Origin: Sphaerodactylus townsendi
Taxonomy: Eukaryota
Assembly (NCBI RefSeq): GCF_021028975.2
Contig: NC_059427.1
Location: 73,656,001 to 73,720,000, forward strand
Length of the DNA stretch: 64,000 nt
Direction of reading: 5' to 3'
The position numbers were made by a program, and so were the translations under genes. Under the pieces are notes generated by a model that saw only the letters and a list, made by a program, of their open reading frames with translations, did no database searches and was not told the DNA's origin. Below, one piece after another: positions 48,751-61,904 of the stretch; within the stretch, counting starts at the first letter, position 1, and the number at the start of each line of letters is the position of its first letter.

Positions 48751-50886
48751 TTGGACAGGTCCACCATAAGTCCCTGCCCCTGGGCTGATGCCATTTCGTC
48801 ATATGGAGGGTGGGGGGCCAGGCACCAGCCGGGTTCTTGCACCTGGCCTCTCCCACGGTGCGATGGCCCAGCCGGCATCTGGCAGCTCCCCGTTCCAGGG
48901 CACCATCCATCGGTCAAGCTGCTCACAGCGGCCACAGGCCAGCTCCCACCTTTCTCAGGGAGGCTGGGGAGGGCAGGAGCTGGTCTGCAGGAAGGGGGGG
49001 TGTGGGGCTTGGAGGCGGCCGGCCAAGGTGGGCGTCACAGTGGCAGGCTGGCCCAGGAGCTGGCCTGCCTCCACAATGCCTGCCCGAGCCGCCTGTCTGG
49101 GCTGCCCAATGCCGAGCCCTGCCCCCCAGCCTCTCTTCAGGCCGGCTTCTGTCCTCCCCAGGTCACGGCCCCAAGCCCCATCCTCCCCTGGTCTCCCTGC
49201 TGGCTGCCGTAAGGGGGGCATGGGGTCATGCCCCAAGTGCCATATGGGCCCGGTACGTCTGTGTTAGCTGACATTTGGGTAAGAGGTGGACTCCCTCCAC
49301 AGTTCTCCTATTGACATCCATCTTCCTGATTGGAAGTGGGATAGAGCTCCAGAGGCATGGCAGGAGGATACACTGGTCAAAGGACCCCAATTTAGAGTGA
49401 GAGTCCATTCACAGGGTCTTTCCATTGCTCACTCCCAAGGGCATAGTAGGGGACCCAGAAGATTAATAGGGGGCAGGGTCACTTGGGGGGATGTGCCTGG
49501 GTGAGGGGAAGGGCAAGGAGGATGGGGCCATTCCAGTGCTTTTGGGCAGGGGGCATTATGGCTCTGGGGGTCAGAGGAAAATGGTTTTCAGAAGGCTCAC
49601 TGGATGTCTTCAGGCCATTCCTCCTTCTACTCTGCTCTCCATCCAAAGAGAGGTAGGGAGGTCAGTTGTCCTTCCCACTGGCCTGGTGCTGCTGCTTTTG
49701 AATGTTAAGTTAGCCCTGAACAAGACAGCCCTCATTCAGGATTTGATTCTGGATGATGGGACCAACCTGACTTGTATAACAGAGACTTGGGTGGGCGAGC
49801 TGGGGGGGGGGGTAGAAGTAACCCACCTTTGCCCCCCAGACTATTAGATGCAGCACCAGCCCAGACTAGGGAGGTGGGGTGGTGGGGTGGCCAGCCATAG
49901 TCCACAAGGAGTCATACACATTCACCAGGCACCCTCTCGTCCTGTGCCCGGAGTTGAGAGTTTGTATTTGCTTTTTGGACAGAGAGATAAGTTGGGATTG
50001 TTGCTGGTATACTATTCACCCCACTGCCCAGCAGCCTCCCTGTCTGAGCTGGCAGTCTGAGAGGTGGTGATGGGCTCCCCTAGGACTGTTGTTCTGGGGG
50101 ACTTCAACTACCACACTGAGGATGCCTCTGATAGACCAGCTCCAGACCTCATGGCCACCATGGCAATTTGTGTCTGGACCAACCTACATAGCAGGGCATA
50201 CTCTCGATCTGTTGTTTACAACGGTGGGGTGGGGGTTGATCTGTTGATTGGAGGGCTGGTTACTTGCCTATTGTCATGGACGGATCATTACCTGGTGAAG
50301 TTTGGACTGCTGACTGCTCCTTCCCACTGCAGGGGTGAGGGCCCTTTTACAATGGCCCGCCCCTGGAGAAGAATGGAGCCTGATGGATTCCTGAGAGCTC
50401 TGGGGGAGTTTCCAGGTGACATGGCTGGTGCTCCAGTTGAGGACTTGGTTTCACTGTGGAATAGCAAAATCAAGAGGGCCATCGATACGATCGCTCCTGA
50501 GCATCCTTACCCAGCCTGTAGAGCCTGCTGAGCCCCTTGGTTCAATGGGGATTTGCAGGTAATGAAACAGGAGGGGTGATGGCTGGAGCGCAGGTGGTTG
50601 AAATCCCACTGCGGGTCTGAACAAACACTGGTTAGAGTCCATTTTCGGGCCTATCAGGTGGTGGAGAGCGAGGCAAAGAGAGTCTACTTTTCCTCCATCA
50701 TCGCATCCTCAAGTAGTCGTTCAACAGTCATTCTGAGTGGTGAATGGCTGGCTATCCTCCAATCGGAGGGTAGGCGCCAGGATACCCCAGGAGATCTGTT
50801 GTGACACTTTAACCCCATTATGTAAGCCACCCTGGGACTTCAGTGTATGGCAGAGTATAAATGGAACAAATAAATAATAAATAAAC
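48751..50886 (+). mobile_element. L2 LINE with endonuclease and linker only (RT deleted), plus 3' tail
   Basis: LLLLNV...NKT.LI.DLI..CITETW; VVLGDFNYH; SWTDHYLV; PWF; then tgtaagccaccctgg..(aaat)n tail. The 5' boundary is approximate. Confidence 0.85.
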
Positions 50887-52169
50887 TTCACAGAGAACAG
50901 AACAGTAAGGAAGCAAGCAGCAGCAACTGCTTGTATAGAGTGAAGTCAAACCCCTCCCATCCACATGATAGGTTCAAACAGCTCTTTGGAAAGACAATGC
51001 AGGCCTGTTTGGTGGCAAGCTCTGTGTTTTCTACTGAACGGTGAACATCCCTATTAGTTACATACCAACTGAGTTGCTTCTCAAGGCGAGTGAGAAGTGC
51101 CATTCCCTTCTTCTGCTGAGTCTTTGTTAGTGGTTTCCCATCCAAGTAATTACCCTGTTTAGCTTCTGAAATTGGACACTATTCCATGCTATCTTACCTC
51201 CCCATAATACTTCTAATGAACATGTGAACATACGTGTGTGCATACACATGTGTTAGCCTGAGTAGTCTTTGACCTGTGTACAGTGGATGTCTTGTCCCCT
51301 CTCCCAGAGTACAGAACTTCACAGTGCAATCCTGAACAGGATTACACTCTTCTAATTGATTCCAGTTAGCATTGCATTGTTTGGTACTGCTGTTAATTAA
51401 CAATCATATTTTATCCATCTGGTTTGGGGACTATAAACCTTAGGGAATATGCAAGTTCAAACTAAAGTGTCTGATAAGCAATTACCTGGTTTGCTGCTAT
51501 TTTAGAGTAAGATAGGACTTCTCCCCACTTTCCATGCCCTTGTCATACCCAAGTTCAGTATAGATCTGAAAACATAATGTCATTAATTTGTTATATATGC
51601 CTTTAACCCATGACGGGACTCAAGAGACTCAAGAGTCAGTTACCACAATACTGTTTCATTATAGGTTGACACAATCAAAGATGATGACAGATGATCACTA
51701 GGAGATAGATCTTTCTAAGAATAATGACTTCAGACCTGTGATAGGAGATTTATGATGATAGTATCATTAATGTTTGTACTTAGGTTAACTGGATAGAAAA
51801 GATACTTCATTATTATAATTGTCTAACTTCAGTAAGGGAGTCTTTTGTTTCATTAATTGCCTCAAGATTTCCATTACATCAAAGGACTTTGTGAAAAATG
51901 TTTCCATTCACTGCAATGGATGTTCTAGTCTGGCAAATGGACTATTAACATTTAGTGTAACCCCAATTAACTTGTTGATTACTGAAACCCATCTCTGACA
52001 ATGAAAATGCATAGCTGTCAAGTTCCATTGCTTCACCGCATGTTTAAATATATCTTAGAACTATCAGGACTTGCGGCCAGACATCTAGTGTGATCAGTAC
52101 ACTTTGATGTGGAAAATCCAAATAATAACTCACACCCTCAGTCTAAATAATATGAAGCACAAGTCACTT

Positions 52170-52345
52170 TGGTTGGTAAACGAGCACCCAGCTTGCTGAG
52201 GTTAAAGTGTAGATGACTGGAGAAAGCAATGGCAAACTACCTGTAAATAAAGTCTGCCTAGTAAAAGTCATGATGTGACATCGCTCCATGAGTCAGTAAT
52301 GACCCAGTGCTTGCACTGGAAAGTACCTTTACTTTTACCTTTTTA
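52170..52345 (+). mobile_element. Sauria SINE 3' half
   Basis: ggagaaagcaatggcaaactacc..ccatgagtcagtaatgac..(accttt)n tail. Confidence 0.7.
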
Positions 52346-52634
52346 CAAGTCACTTGCAAATTCTCCTGTACAAGACTTATTGAAATAAATCAGAGTTGCA
52401 CAAGAGCATTATCCTTCCTGTTGATGAGACTTGCATAGAACATATTCCCAGTAGGACAGGTCTCTCTCTCACTATGCTGTCCTTAGCATTTGAAATGCCC
52501 TAGCAAAGATGGTCCTCTAACCCTACTTCCTAACAGAATCACCTCTGTAATGTGACTGAAATGCACATGTTGAAATGAAAACTATGGAGTCATGGGAATG
52601 AATTTGGATAGCTAAAAAGGATCTAAAGGTAAAG

Positions 52635-53079
52635 CAGAGGCATAGCGGAAGGAAATTGCACCCGGGGCAATGGCACCCAATTTTGTGGGGACCCCCCACA
52701 TGCGCCCTCCCCCCTGCATTGACTCGGCTCAGATGAGCCAAGTCAGCACAGGGGAGGCGCAAAATCGCCCCACACACAGCATGCCCCTCCTCCCCGGACG
52801 AGCCAAGTCAGTGCAGAGGAGAAGGGCTGTGGGGGGCAATTTTGCACCCACACATAGGCGCCATCCCCTCCTCCCCTGTTCAAGTCAGCATGGGGGGGAA
52901 GTGTGGGAGCACAAAATCGCCCCCATGTAGCACACCCCTCCTCCCCCTTGCTGACCCAGGAGCCGAGTTGGTGTGGGGGAGGAGGGGGCGTGGGGGCAAT
53001 TTTGTGTCCCCCATGTGACAGGATGGTGTGTGCTCGGGGACATGTGACCCCACATGTCCCCGTGAGCGCTCCGCCCCTG
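52635..53079. mobile_element. Non-autonomous hAT element with internal inverted subrepeats
   Basis: TIRs cagaggcatagcg / cgctccgcccctg; 8-bp TSD aggtaaag / agataaag. Confidence 0.75.
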
Positions 53080-53330
53080 AGATAAAGATAATCTGCTGTA
53101 CAAGCACTGGTTCATTACTGACCTATGGGGTGACATCTCTTGGGATCAAACTCAAGTTGTGACCAGAGACTTGACTGCAGGACTGTGCCTATAAAGAAAT
53201 GCATCTAGCCTACAGGAATGTCCAGGGCTGCTTGTATAACAGCTGGCTTCCTTCTTGCATTTTATGGCCTTTCCACCTGAGTGTTAGTTATATATGCATA
53301 ATCAAACATCAGAACATATATCTGTCAGCT

Positions 53331-53425
53331 CAGGACCCACTTCATACATCTGATGAAGCTGTCTGTAGTCCACAAAAGCTTATAGTAAATCTGTTAGTCT
53401 TTCAAATGCCACAAGATGCCTGCCT
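53331..53425 (+). mobile_element. Penelope-like pLTR remnant with degenerate hammerhead motif
   Basis: catCTGATGAag..agtccacaaaagctta..aaatctgttagtcttt.aatgccacaag, similar to the reptile PLE pLTR end. Confidence 0.65.
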
Positions 53426-53733
53426 TCTATTGCAACTGAACTCAGACTGTTTGAATCTGGAGTGATGGGAGAAACTGGCACTGATTTCCTAGAATGGAAC
53501 CAAATAACTGATATTCTAGAGACCATAAACTTTGGTGCTTTTCCAAATGTAATTTAGATAGTAGATCTTATTATACTAATTATAAGTGTACCTTATTAAT
53601 TTTATTTTAGTATAAATTAGCTTTCAATTCTTTTTCCTTTTGTTTCCTGTGTTTTGCTTTGGAAGGTCTAACAGTCCTGTTTCAAGTTCCCTAAGGACTT
53701 GCCTACCTGATAGTGGTAACATGTTGATCACTG

Positions 53734-53868
53734 CATAGGTGTCAAACTCGCGGCCCTCCAGATGTTATGGACTACAATTCCCATCATCCCCTGCCAGCAT
53801 CATACTGGCAAGGGATGATGGGAACTGTAGTCCATAACATCTGGAGGGCCACGAGTTTGACACCTGTG
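53734..53868. mobile_element. Palindromic hAT-type MITE
   Basis: Fold-back with termini cataggtgtcaaactcg / cgagtttgacacctgtg and the same internal core; TSD not seen. Confidence 0.85.
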
Positions 53869-53992
53869 ACTTATAGCTTACCAAAGGTGTTGAAATGGAT
53901 CATTTTGGTCCTTTTAAACAAACGTCTGGATACCTAGATTTCTCTGTCTTCATTCCTGTAATTTTGTTTCAGTTTACAAACCTCTAATAATA

Positions 53993-54160
53993 ACTGACTT
54001 ATGGTGACCTCTCATGGTGTTTTCAAGGCAAGAGACAAATAGAGGTGGTTTGCCATTGCCTTTCTTTGCACAGCAGCTCTTGTTTTCATTGGTGGCCTCC
54101 TATCCAAGTACTGACCCTGTTTAGCTTCCAAACTGAGATCGGCTAGTCTGAGCCATTAGG
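53993..54160 (-). mobile_element. 5S-Sauria-like SINE
   Basis: Minus strand gaagctaaacagggtcagtacttggataggagg (5S-like)..ggcaatggcaaaccacctc..ccataagtcag. Confidence 0.7.
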
Positions 54161-54547
54161 ACTGCTACAGCCTTTTAAAATTCGACCTGGCAAGTTGTGA
54201 CAGCAAAAACAGACAGACTCAGAACCTTTATCGTTTCCCTATTGTGCATAGTTTGTTGTAGGCAAAACTGAGCTTGCAGATTTTGACTCTGGACTTTCTT
54301 AGACATCCATCCCAGTTGAGCTAAAGAAATCTCTGCATGTAAGTGGATTGCCACACACATTTCAATGAACTTCCCCATTGATAAAGATTCTATTTAAGTG
54401 CAGCTAGAGCTGGATCAGAGCTAAGCTTGGTTAAACAAACATGATGCAGTTTCCATATATGCCCCATCCATGTTGAGGTGGGGAGAGGAAAGAATGGAGG
54501 AGGGGAGACAGGGGAAATTTCTGCCCTAACCATTCTAAACTTTCCTA

Positions 54548-54584
<37 letters not shown>

Positions 54585-55535
54585 CCCCATGTTCCTGAAG
54601 ATAATGGAGCAGACATGCATGAGTTCCTGAGTCAAGTGATCCCTGAAGAAGGCTGCACGAAGAGCAGGAAAATACTGAATTGCCAATGCTGCTCCCCATC
54701 CTCATCCACACTTCCCAGGGGAAGAAACAGATGGGTGAAGGCAGTCCTAAGGTTAGATCCTGACGACAGTGTCAGTTTCTAGGATTTCCCCTTTCTGTTG
54801 CAGACCCCCTTCATGTTGTTCTCAGGGTCCCCTATCCCTCAGGAGCAGCAGTTTGCAGAGGTCTGTGGTCTCCTGAGCGAGGAAAAAGATGGGAGAAATC
54901 TGGTCTACTGATGGAAAAGTGTGCTGTGGATCCAATTCCTAATCTCAATATGAGGCGTAGTTGCTCTGCTGGAATCAGCTGTGGTTCTCTGAACTAACGA
55001 GATGTTCAACATGCTTAAAACAATTTAGCTTTAATAGCTTCCACAGTTGCTTTTCCTTGTGTTTTCATTTCCTGAGGGAAGCCATCTATGAAATATATGC
55101 CAAATGGCATAACTGTAGCATGAAGAGACAGCAGCCATCTTCTCTTTGAATATAACTCTATACGCCACCCCCTTTTGTCATACCAATTGCAACAATGCTG
55201 ACTCCTTCTTCTGAGGTGGGAAATGTCCCTCGCTCCCAAGGGTAGAAGGCTCAGCAGAATGTGCCTTTTACAAGCAGTCATTGGCAACAAATAACTTGGG
55301 CTGAGCTCTTAAGTGTGCCCTCATTCTACACTAGAAAGGACCCTTTCAAAGCCTTGGGAGTTGCCATGGAATATTAATGTTAGATTCCAATCTAGAAACA
55401 GCAGAAGCAGAAAATCCTTCAGAACAGTGGACCTAAGGAAGGCAAGGCAGGGGGAGAGAGCAGAAGAACCTGTTGATGATTAGTATAAGAGGTTTCCTCA
55501 TTACAGCTGAGAGTGTGCGTGCGTAGGATGTAATT

Positions 55536-55671
55536 CAGGGGTGTCCAGCTCTGGCACCCCAGATGTTCATGGACTATGATTCCCATCAATCCCTGCCAAT
55601 TGGCCATGCTGGCAGGGGCTGATGGGAATTGTAGTTCATGAACATCGGGGTGCCAGATTTGGACACTCCAG
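55536..55671. mobile_element. Palindromic hAT MITE
   Basis: Termini caggggtgtcc / ggacactccag; TSD atgtaatt / atgtaatc. Confidence 0.85.
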
Positions 55672-57537
55672 ATGTAATCAGACAAAGACTGAGCCAGGAA
55701 GTAGTGGCAGAGGCTTCTGTGTGGAGTGTTTTCTGCTATGCTGAGGCTTCTGTGTCGAGTGTTTTCCTTTCCATCCTCTCTCAGGTAGCATCCAAATAAA
55801 AGCTCCTATACCTGTCATCCATTTATGTCCTCCTTAGAAAAAGGCCTTTGCTGTTGTTGAGGAAGGGTGGGATGGTGCATAGGAAGGGGTGGCTGGAAAT
55901 AACGGTTGGAGGGTTTTGAATTGCCATTGAATTGTCTCATCACACATTTTTTGTCACTGGGAAAAATGGTAGTTAGTGGGTGCTACACCCAATTTCTCTT
56001 CCCGGTGCATCCAGACTCTTGTCTTTTTGTCGGCAGCAGTATAAGTTGGTTTCTCTGATGAAGTTAGCCGAGTGGGTGGCATTGATTGTAAAAATTCAGG
56101 GTGTGGGTGGACTTGCACTTTGTGGGGTTTAGTTTGCTGAGACTGCAACTAATCCAAGCAGGGCAAGAGATTGCAGTTTTGTCAGATGTGGGTGATAGAA
56201 GAGAAATAGAAAGAGATGAGAGCTGGTGGCGTGTCCTAATTCTGAGACCAATGTAGCAAGGACAGATCTGAAGACTCTTGATGTATTGTGGTGAGATGCC
56301 AAACAGGAAAGCATCATTCATTCAGATGCAAAACTAAACTTTTCTTTGAACCTTTCAGGTTGACCCAAATGTTTATGCATATTCAGTAAGTGTAGAGTTG
56401 TTTGTTCTGGGTCAGCAAGCCCAGATGTCTCTGTTGAAGGATGTTGAATTGCCTCATCACACAAACTAATTTTTGCCAGTAGGAAAAATGCTATGCCTCT
56501 CATATGAGTTCATGCTACACTAATTTCAAGGCTAGACTAGACTATTGTAATATACTGTACATGCTGCTGCCCGTGAAGACAACTCAGAAACTCTGGCTGC
56601 TATTTGCTTGTTAGCTTGTTTGCTATCAGGAGCTATTAGGAGTATGAACATTACATCTATCTGGCACTCACTTCATTGGTTGTTTTCAGGTTCAGTTCAA
56701 ACTGCTGGTCATGATTTAAGAAGTCCTTGACCTTTTTCACATGGTTAATTTGTCCTAAGTTCAGTGCTGTGGGGAAGCAGGGTTCCCTCTCCTAATTCCA
56801 CAAACAGCACTGTAGTGCACTTGTCTATCACCCAGCTTTTCCTCGACTTTTCTCCAATCTTTCCCAGACCTGTTTCTGCAAAATTTGCGGGAAGATTTCA
56901 GCAAAGCTATGTGAGTGGGAAAGTTTGGGTTCTCCTGGTCCTTTCCATACAGCAGCTGACTCTCTTATCCCTGTAGCAGTCAATTCTCCACTAGCACCAC
57001 TGGGGGCTTTTTATTCTTTAAATCAGCAATTGACTACCATTATAACATTGGAAGGAACTGCTGTGGTGTGGGTGGAAGAAGGTAGAGAGGAGCGAGAAAA
57101 CCTGAAGAAAACCTAGCACTACTGGATCTCCTTTGCTATCCCTGCAGAGGGAGAAAAAAAATCACACTTTGAGAACTTTCAGAAACTATGGAGATTCTCT
57201 GATCTGAGAACGCAGTAAGTTATAAAGAGGGGAAACCGTGTGTGTAACTGAAAGGCCAACCCAAAGGGAATATATACACTCAGTGCAAAGGAGACCACAA
57301 GTAAATGGCCTTTAACATGGTGTATATCAAATCCTGTGTGTTTTAAGTAGGTTTTTGTTGCATTGTTTATTTTATTACAATGTTTTATTGTATTATTTTC
57401 TAATGGTGTAATTTGCCTCGAGTTTTAAAGAGAAAAGTAGGCTAAATGAAGTGAGTACATATATAATTTCTTGGGTTGCCACCTATCTCTCCTAAGATGA
57501 TGGGGCATCCAAAGTGGTCTGAAAATATGGTCTGGTG

Positions 57538-57685
57538 CAGGGGTAGGGAACCTGCGGCTCTCCAGATGTTCAGGAACTACAATTCCCATCAGCCTCTGTC
57601 AGCATGGCCAATTGGCCATGCTGGTAGGGGCTGATGGGAATTGTAGTTCCTGAACATCTGGAGAGCCGCAGGTTCCCTACCCCTG
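57538..57685. mobile_element. Palindromic hAT MITE (young)
   Basis: Near-perfect 148-bp fold-back; perfect 8-bp TSD gtctggtg. Confidence 0.92.
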
Positions 57686-58179
57686 GTCTGGTGGATTCAT
57701 ATGGGAATTGAAAGTCCTTAAAGTTGTCTTTCTGCATTCCACAAAGGTGTAGATTAACACCTTTAGATCTGCTGCATCTCCAACTGGTGTGAGGATGGGA
57801 CTACTTACAGACAGCAATTGCTCCAAAGACTTGTCTTGCTGTTTACAACTGTTGGGCTCACCCAGGCTCATTTGACTCTGGCATTCTTTCAGTCTAAAAT
57901 ATGAGCTTGGCCACACGGCTCCTATTTATTCAGCACTTGCTGCACATTAGATTCAGTATAGGGTAGTAAGCCATTGCAGTGAGCATGGCAAAGAAGATAG
58001 ACTGGAGGAACAACACACACTCCTCTGCTTGTGCCTGAAAGGCTAACACGTCTACTGGTTCTGAGGCGCCACCCTGCCCTCTTGTTTTTGTGCAACAGAC
58101 TAGCAGGGCTGCTCCTCTGGAGTAGGCTTAACCGGAAAGCACCTATTGACACCTGCAGATCCTGGCTAGTTCACAAGCA

Positions 58180-59600
58180 GCTTCGGCCCAGAGGGGAGAA
58201 AGACAGGAAAATCCATCAGCTCGGGCTCTATGCCTCGTTCTGTGGCGTTGATCTTTGGACACTGGAGGGCTTTGGCGAGGAGGAGATGCTCTGCTTTTCC
58301 CGCCCGCCCCTGGAGGTTCCTGAAGAGCTCCAGCCCTGCCAGAGCCTCTCCTCTCCTCCCCCGTTGCTTGGAGCGCCGCATCTCTGGCTCTCTCCGTCTC
58401 CCAGCCCCCTCCCTCCCTCTCTCTCTCTCTCTCTCCGAAATCAGCTGCCTGGCTCCCCCACGCATGCTCTCCGCCGCACTCACTCGCCGCCAGCAGCGCA
58501 TGCAACAGCTTGGCGGGGCAAGCACCGATGCTTTTCTCGCACCCGGGGGCACCTGATGACTCAGGCAGGTAAAGACGCTCGCCCCGTTGCCCAGCCCCGA
58601 AGTGAGGGAGCCTCGTAGCCCAGTCGGGGGGGGGAGGGAGAGGGGGAGTCATAACTGGTGGGGTCCCAGATGGGGCCCCTCTGACTTCAGGAGCCTCTGG
58701 CGCCCTTTGCCCAGTCGCCGGGAAGCGGCACCGGAGGAGCACGTGCGGAGCGGAGCGAGCCTTGATTCGGAGTCCGATCTGGCCACCCGTCGTCCTCCGC
58801 CGCCGGATCGGGGCCGTGGCTCCTGCTCACTCCTACAGGTTATCCCGGGGAAGCGGCTGAGGTGATGGCGTCGGCGTCGCCCATTGACCAGGGAGGCGTC
58901 GCGGCGCCTTCTGCTTGCCTTTGTGCATGGAGCCAGATCGTGCGCGCTGCTGGATCCCTGGCCGGGCGGGAGTGTGCCTCGCCACAGCGTGTCTTTCTGA
59001 TGCGCGGCGCTCCTCCTGCTTTCCCACGTTTTGTGTGCATGTGCAGATGCTTGTGTGAGAGACCCGCACGGGCAAACGTGTTGTTGTATCGAGTGGGTAG
59101 GTAGGCGCGTATTCGGCCATGTGTTGTGCGCAGCGGTGTGTGTGTGCTGCGCGCATACCGTGGCTGCGAAGCAAGCGCGTGGGCTGAGAGGGGTATTTGC
59201 CTGCTTGTGTGCACGCCTGTCCTCTCTGTGTATTTGCGTACACTTCGGGATGGAGCTGGCGTTCCCGTGCACACCCTGCCGGTCGGTTGTGGAGACGGGC
59301 TTTTTGCGTGCGACCAGCCACAGCGTAACCACTACCCCCACCCCGCTCGGATTCCATTCATCAGTTTGCAGCCACGGCGCCAGCCAGGGTTGTTTCCGAG
59401 GCGACCGGGCTCTGCTCCCGCCCCCCGCCGCCCGGACCCGGTCTCCCCCCTCCCCCCCCCCGCCCCGCCCCGCCCCGCCCCGGCCGAGTGAATAATCGCG
59501 GTTGCTTTTCGCGCCCACAAGCCATGATTACAAGAGCCTCTCTCCATTCGGCACCCGCTTCGCTCCAAGGCCCCTCGAACCTCCTGGGGCTGCTGCACAT
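58180..59600. promoter_or_regulatory. CpG island; probable promoter and first exon of an unidentified gene
   Basis: Abrupt rise in GC and CpG density with no TE hallmarks; NRF1-like GCGCATGC at ~58496; AP-1 TGACTCA at 58557-58563; donor CAG|GTAAAG at 58568/58569; GC-box array (CCCCG)n at ~59455-59482. Confidence 0.75.
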
Positions 59601-61904
59601 TAGACAGGATTTTCTTGCTTGTCAGCTCTGGTTGGATCATCAGTTAGTCAGGGCTTTGCTTCTCTTCACCGAACTCTTTCACTTGAGTGCTTTGGCTCTC
59701 CCCAGCGATTTTTGTAACCTGCAGCTAGCTAGCCAATATGGGGGGGGGGGGGGTAGCGTGTAGGGGTGTGTGTGTGTGGGGGGGAATTGTTAAATATTAA
59801 ATGTGGCTGTAGGGAATCAACTTTCCATAGTAAGCCTTTAGCATTCATGTTGTTCTTTTTGTAATATTAAAATACTGTCATGTCAGTAGGACTTACAACA
59901 ACATTGTGAGGTAGGCCAATCAATATGTTGTTACAATTTCATGACATAGTTGAAGGAGGGGAGTTCGTTAAGCCTTGCTAGTGAGATTTGAAACAGAGAG
60001 ATCCAGTCATTCATTCTACACCTGCCATCATCCCTCTTTTTTGTCCAGAGAGATGCCCCATTAACATTGCCTGTAGCAGGGCAGCACAGTTCAAGGGGCA
60101 TTTGCCCAGCTAGAAGCAGCAATTGTAAGTCTCTATTGTGGCGTGGCTAGGACCCTGTGAAAACCAAGTGCAAACATCACAGAAGTTCATGTGGCCTGGC
60201 ACTACACACCTACAGCAGCAGCCCACCCCCATCCTTATCCTGGCATTCCCAGGATTGGGTTTGAATGACATTCCCCCCCCCCTCTCCAAACCACAGGCTT
60301 TTGGAGAGTAGCCAATCTGAGGAATGTGTTAAGTTCTTGCTCTGCCAAGTCTGTCTTTGTAGAGTACAAATATGGTTACTTCTTGTGATGGAAAACAAGG
60401 CCAGGATTGTGTAGCAATATGTTTAAAAAATTGGGTTTTAGATGCTGCTCCCAGCACATTATTCTATATATTTGTAGATAAGCAGCGCATAATTATGGAA
60501 TAGTTGCTGCAGATGTGCCATTAAACTGGAATATAGATGGGAAGGGCTGTGGCAAACGCAGCAAAAATTGTTTCATAATCTTCTCAGTGTGAAATTAAAT
60601 GTATGCTTTAATGTGTTTTTGTATCTTGCATCGCTGCCTGGCTAACATTTCTTCTTCCAAAAATGGCATCTGTTTGCACACCACACTACTATGAGTAGGA
60701 GCACTGAATCTGGACAAGGGAGATGTGGATTTAAATTCCCAGTAACTAGGAACCTTATTGGAGGATCTGTGAACCGCCAGACATTTTCATTCTAATTTAT
60801 CTCAAAGGGATATTGTGGGGATAAAAGAGGTAGCCTTCATGTATGCTACTCTGACTACCTTGGCAGTATTTTGAATAAGAGATGCTGCTACTCAAACTTA
60901 CCTTAAAGTTTTCATACCTTTAAGGGATAGCACAGCACAGGTAAATAGTCTTTACACTGTAGGGAAGGAAAATGCACAAACTCAGAGGTTTTCTGGTTCT
61001 CTAATATGTTTTTATGTTCCCAGACTTAATATGAGCTGTAGGGTCTAAATTCTCCGGAGGGCTGGCTCAAACTTAACTCTGATGCAGTTACTGAATGACA
61101 TGACATGGCTGCCTGCCTCATGGGTTGGCTCCTTTACAGAAAGTGGGAAGTATGTCTTGGTTCCTGCCTTAGCATTGATATATGTGGCCACTATGCTTGC
61201 AAGGGTCATTTCCCCCGTGAATCCTGACAGCTGGTGGCTAACATGTGTATGGTTAATGTGTAGTCTGAATCATTTGTTCTGAGGAGAAACTCATGCTTTT
61301 TGCTTTGTTTGCCAGCTTTTAGTAGGCAAACAAAATGGCAACTTCAGCTCATGACAAACAATATGGACAACCTATTTGCTATACACACAAGCTCACTGGG
61401 CATTATTGTGAGTGGAGTGGTCATACTGATATCTAGTGGTAACTATCCAAAGTATCATGCCCATTTTGCAGATACAAGTGGGAGACCCGCAATGACTTGG
61501 AGGAAGGAGCTCATTTTATTTCCTCTTTCCATTCCATGGCAGCCCCCATAGTTTCCCCCTGTTATCTGCACCCTTGTCTTCACTTTCCCTTCCTTCCTAT
61601 CCCCTAGCATCCTCTTCCTAGGAAAACTATGAACCAGTAGTGTTGTGCCTGTCATTCAGCTGGGTCTGGTTTCATAGAGGAAGACCTGCAAGGACTTGTG
61701 AGTAAGGGGAGTATCTTATCCTTCTGTATTCCTCACACCACACTAATTCCTCTTAATCTTCCCTGTCATTGATCTTTTTCTACAGTTTTCTCTCCTGCCC
61801 ACCAATTTATCTTTTATCTGCTCACAAACAAACATGGGGGCAGATAAAAGGTAAAACAAATAAATGGAAGAACAGATAAAAGGTAAGTAATACAGACAAT
61901 TTAC

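Noticed and set aside
48751-49271. GC-rich segment with 150-aa ORFs in three frames, considered as a second CpG island or gene
   Set aside because: Lies directly upstream of, and appears contiguous with, the L2 endonuclease region; best explained as the L2 5' portion.
58031-59518. Long overlapping ORFs (195, 199 and 289 aa) in the CpG island
   Set aside because: They occur in many frames on both strands, are low-complexity R/G/P/A-rich and have no recognisable domain, as expected from stop-codon scarcity in GC-rich DNA.
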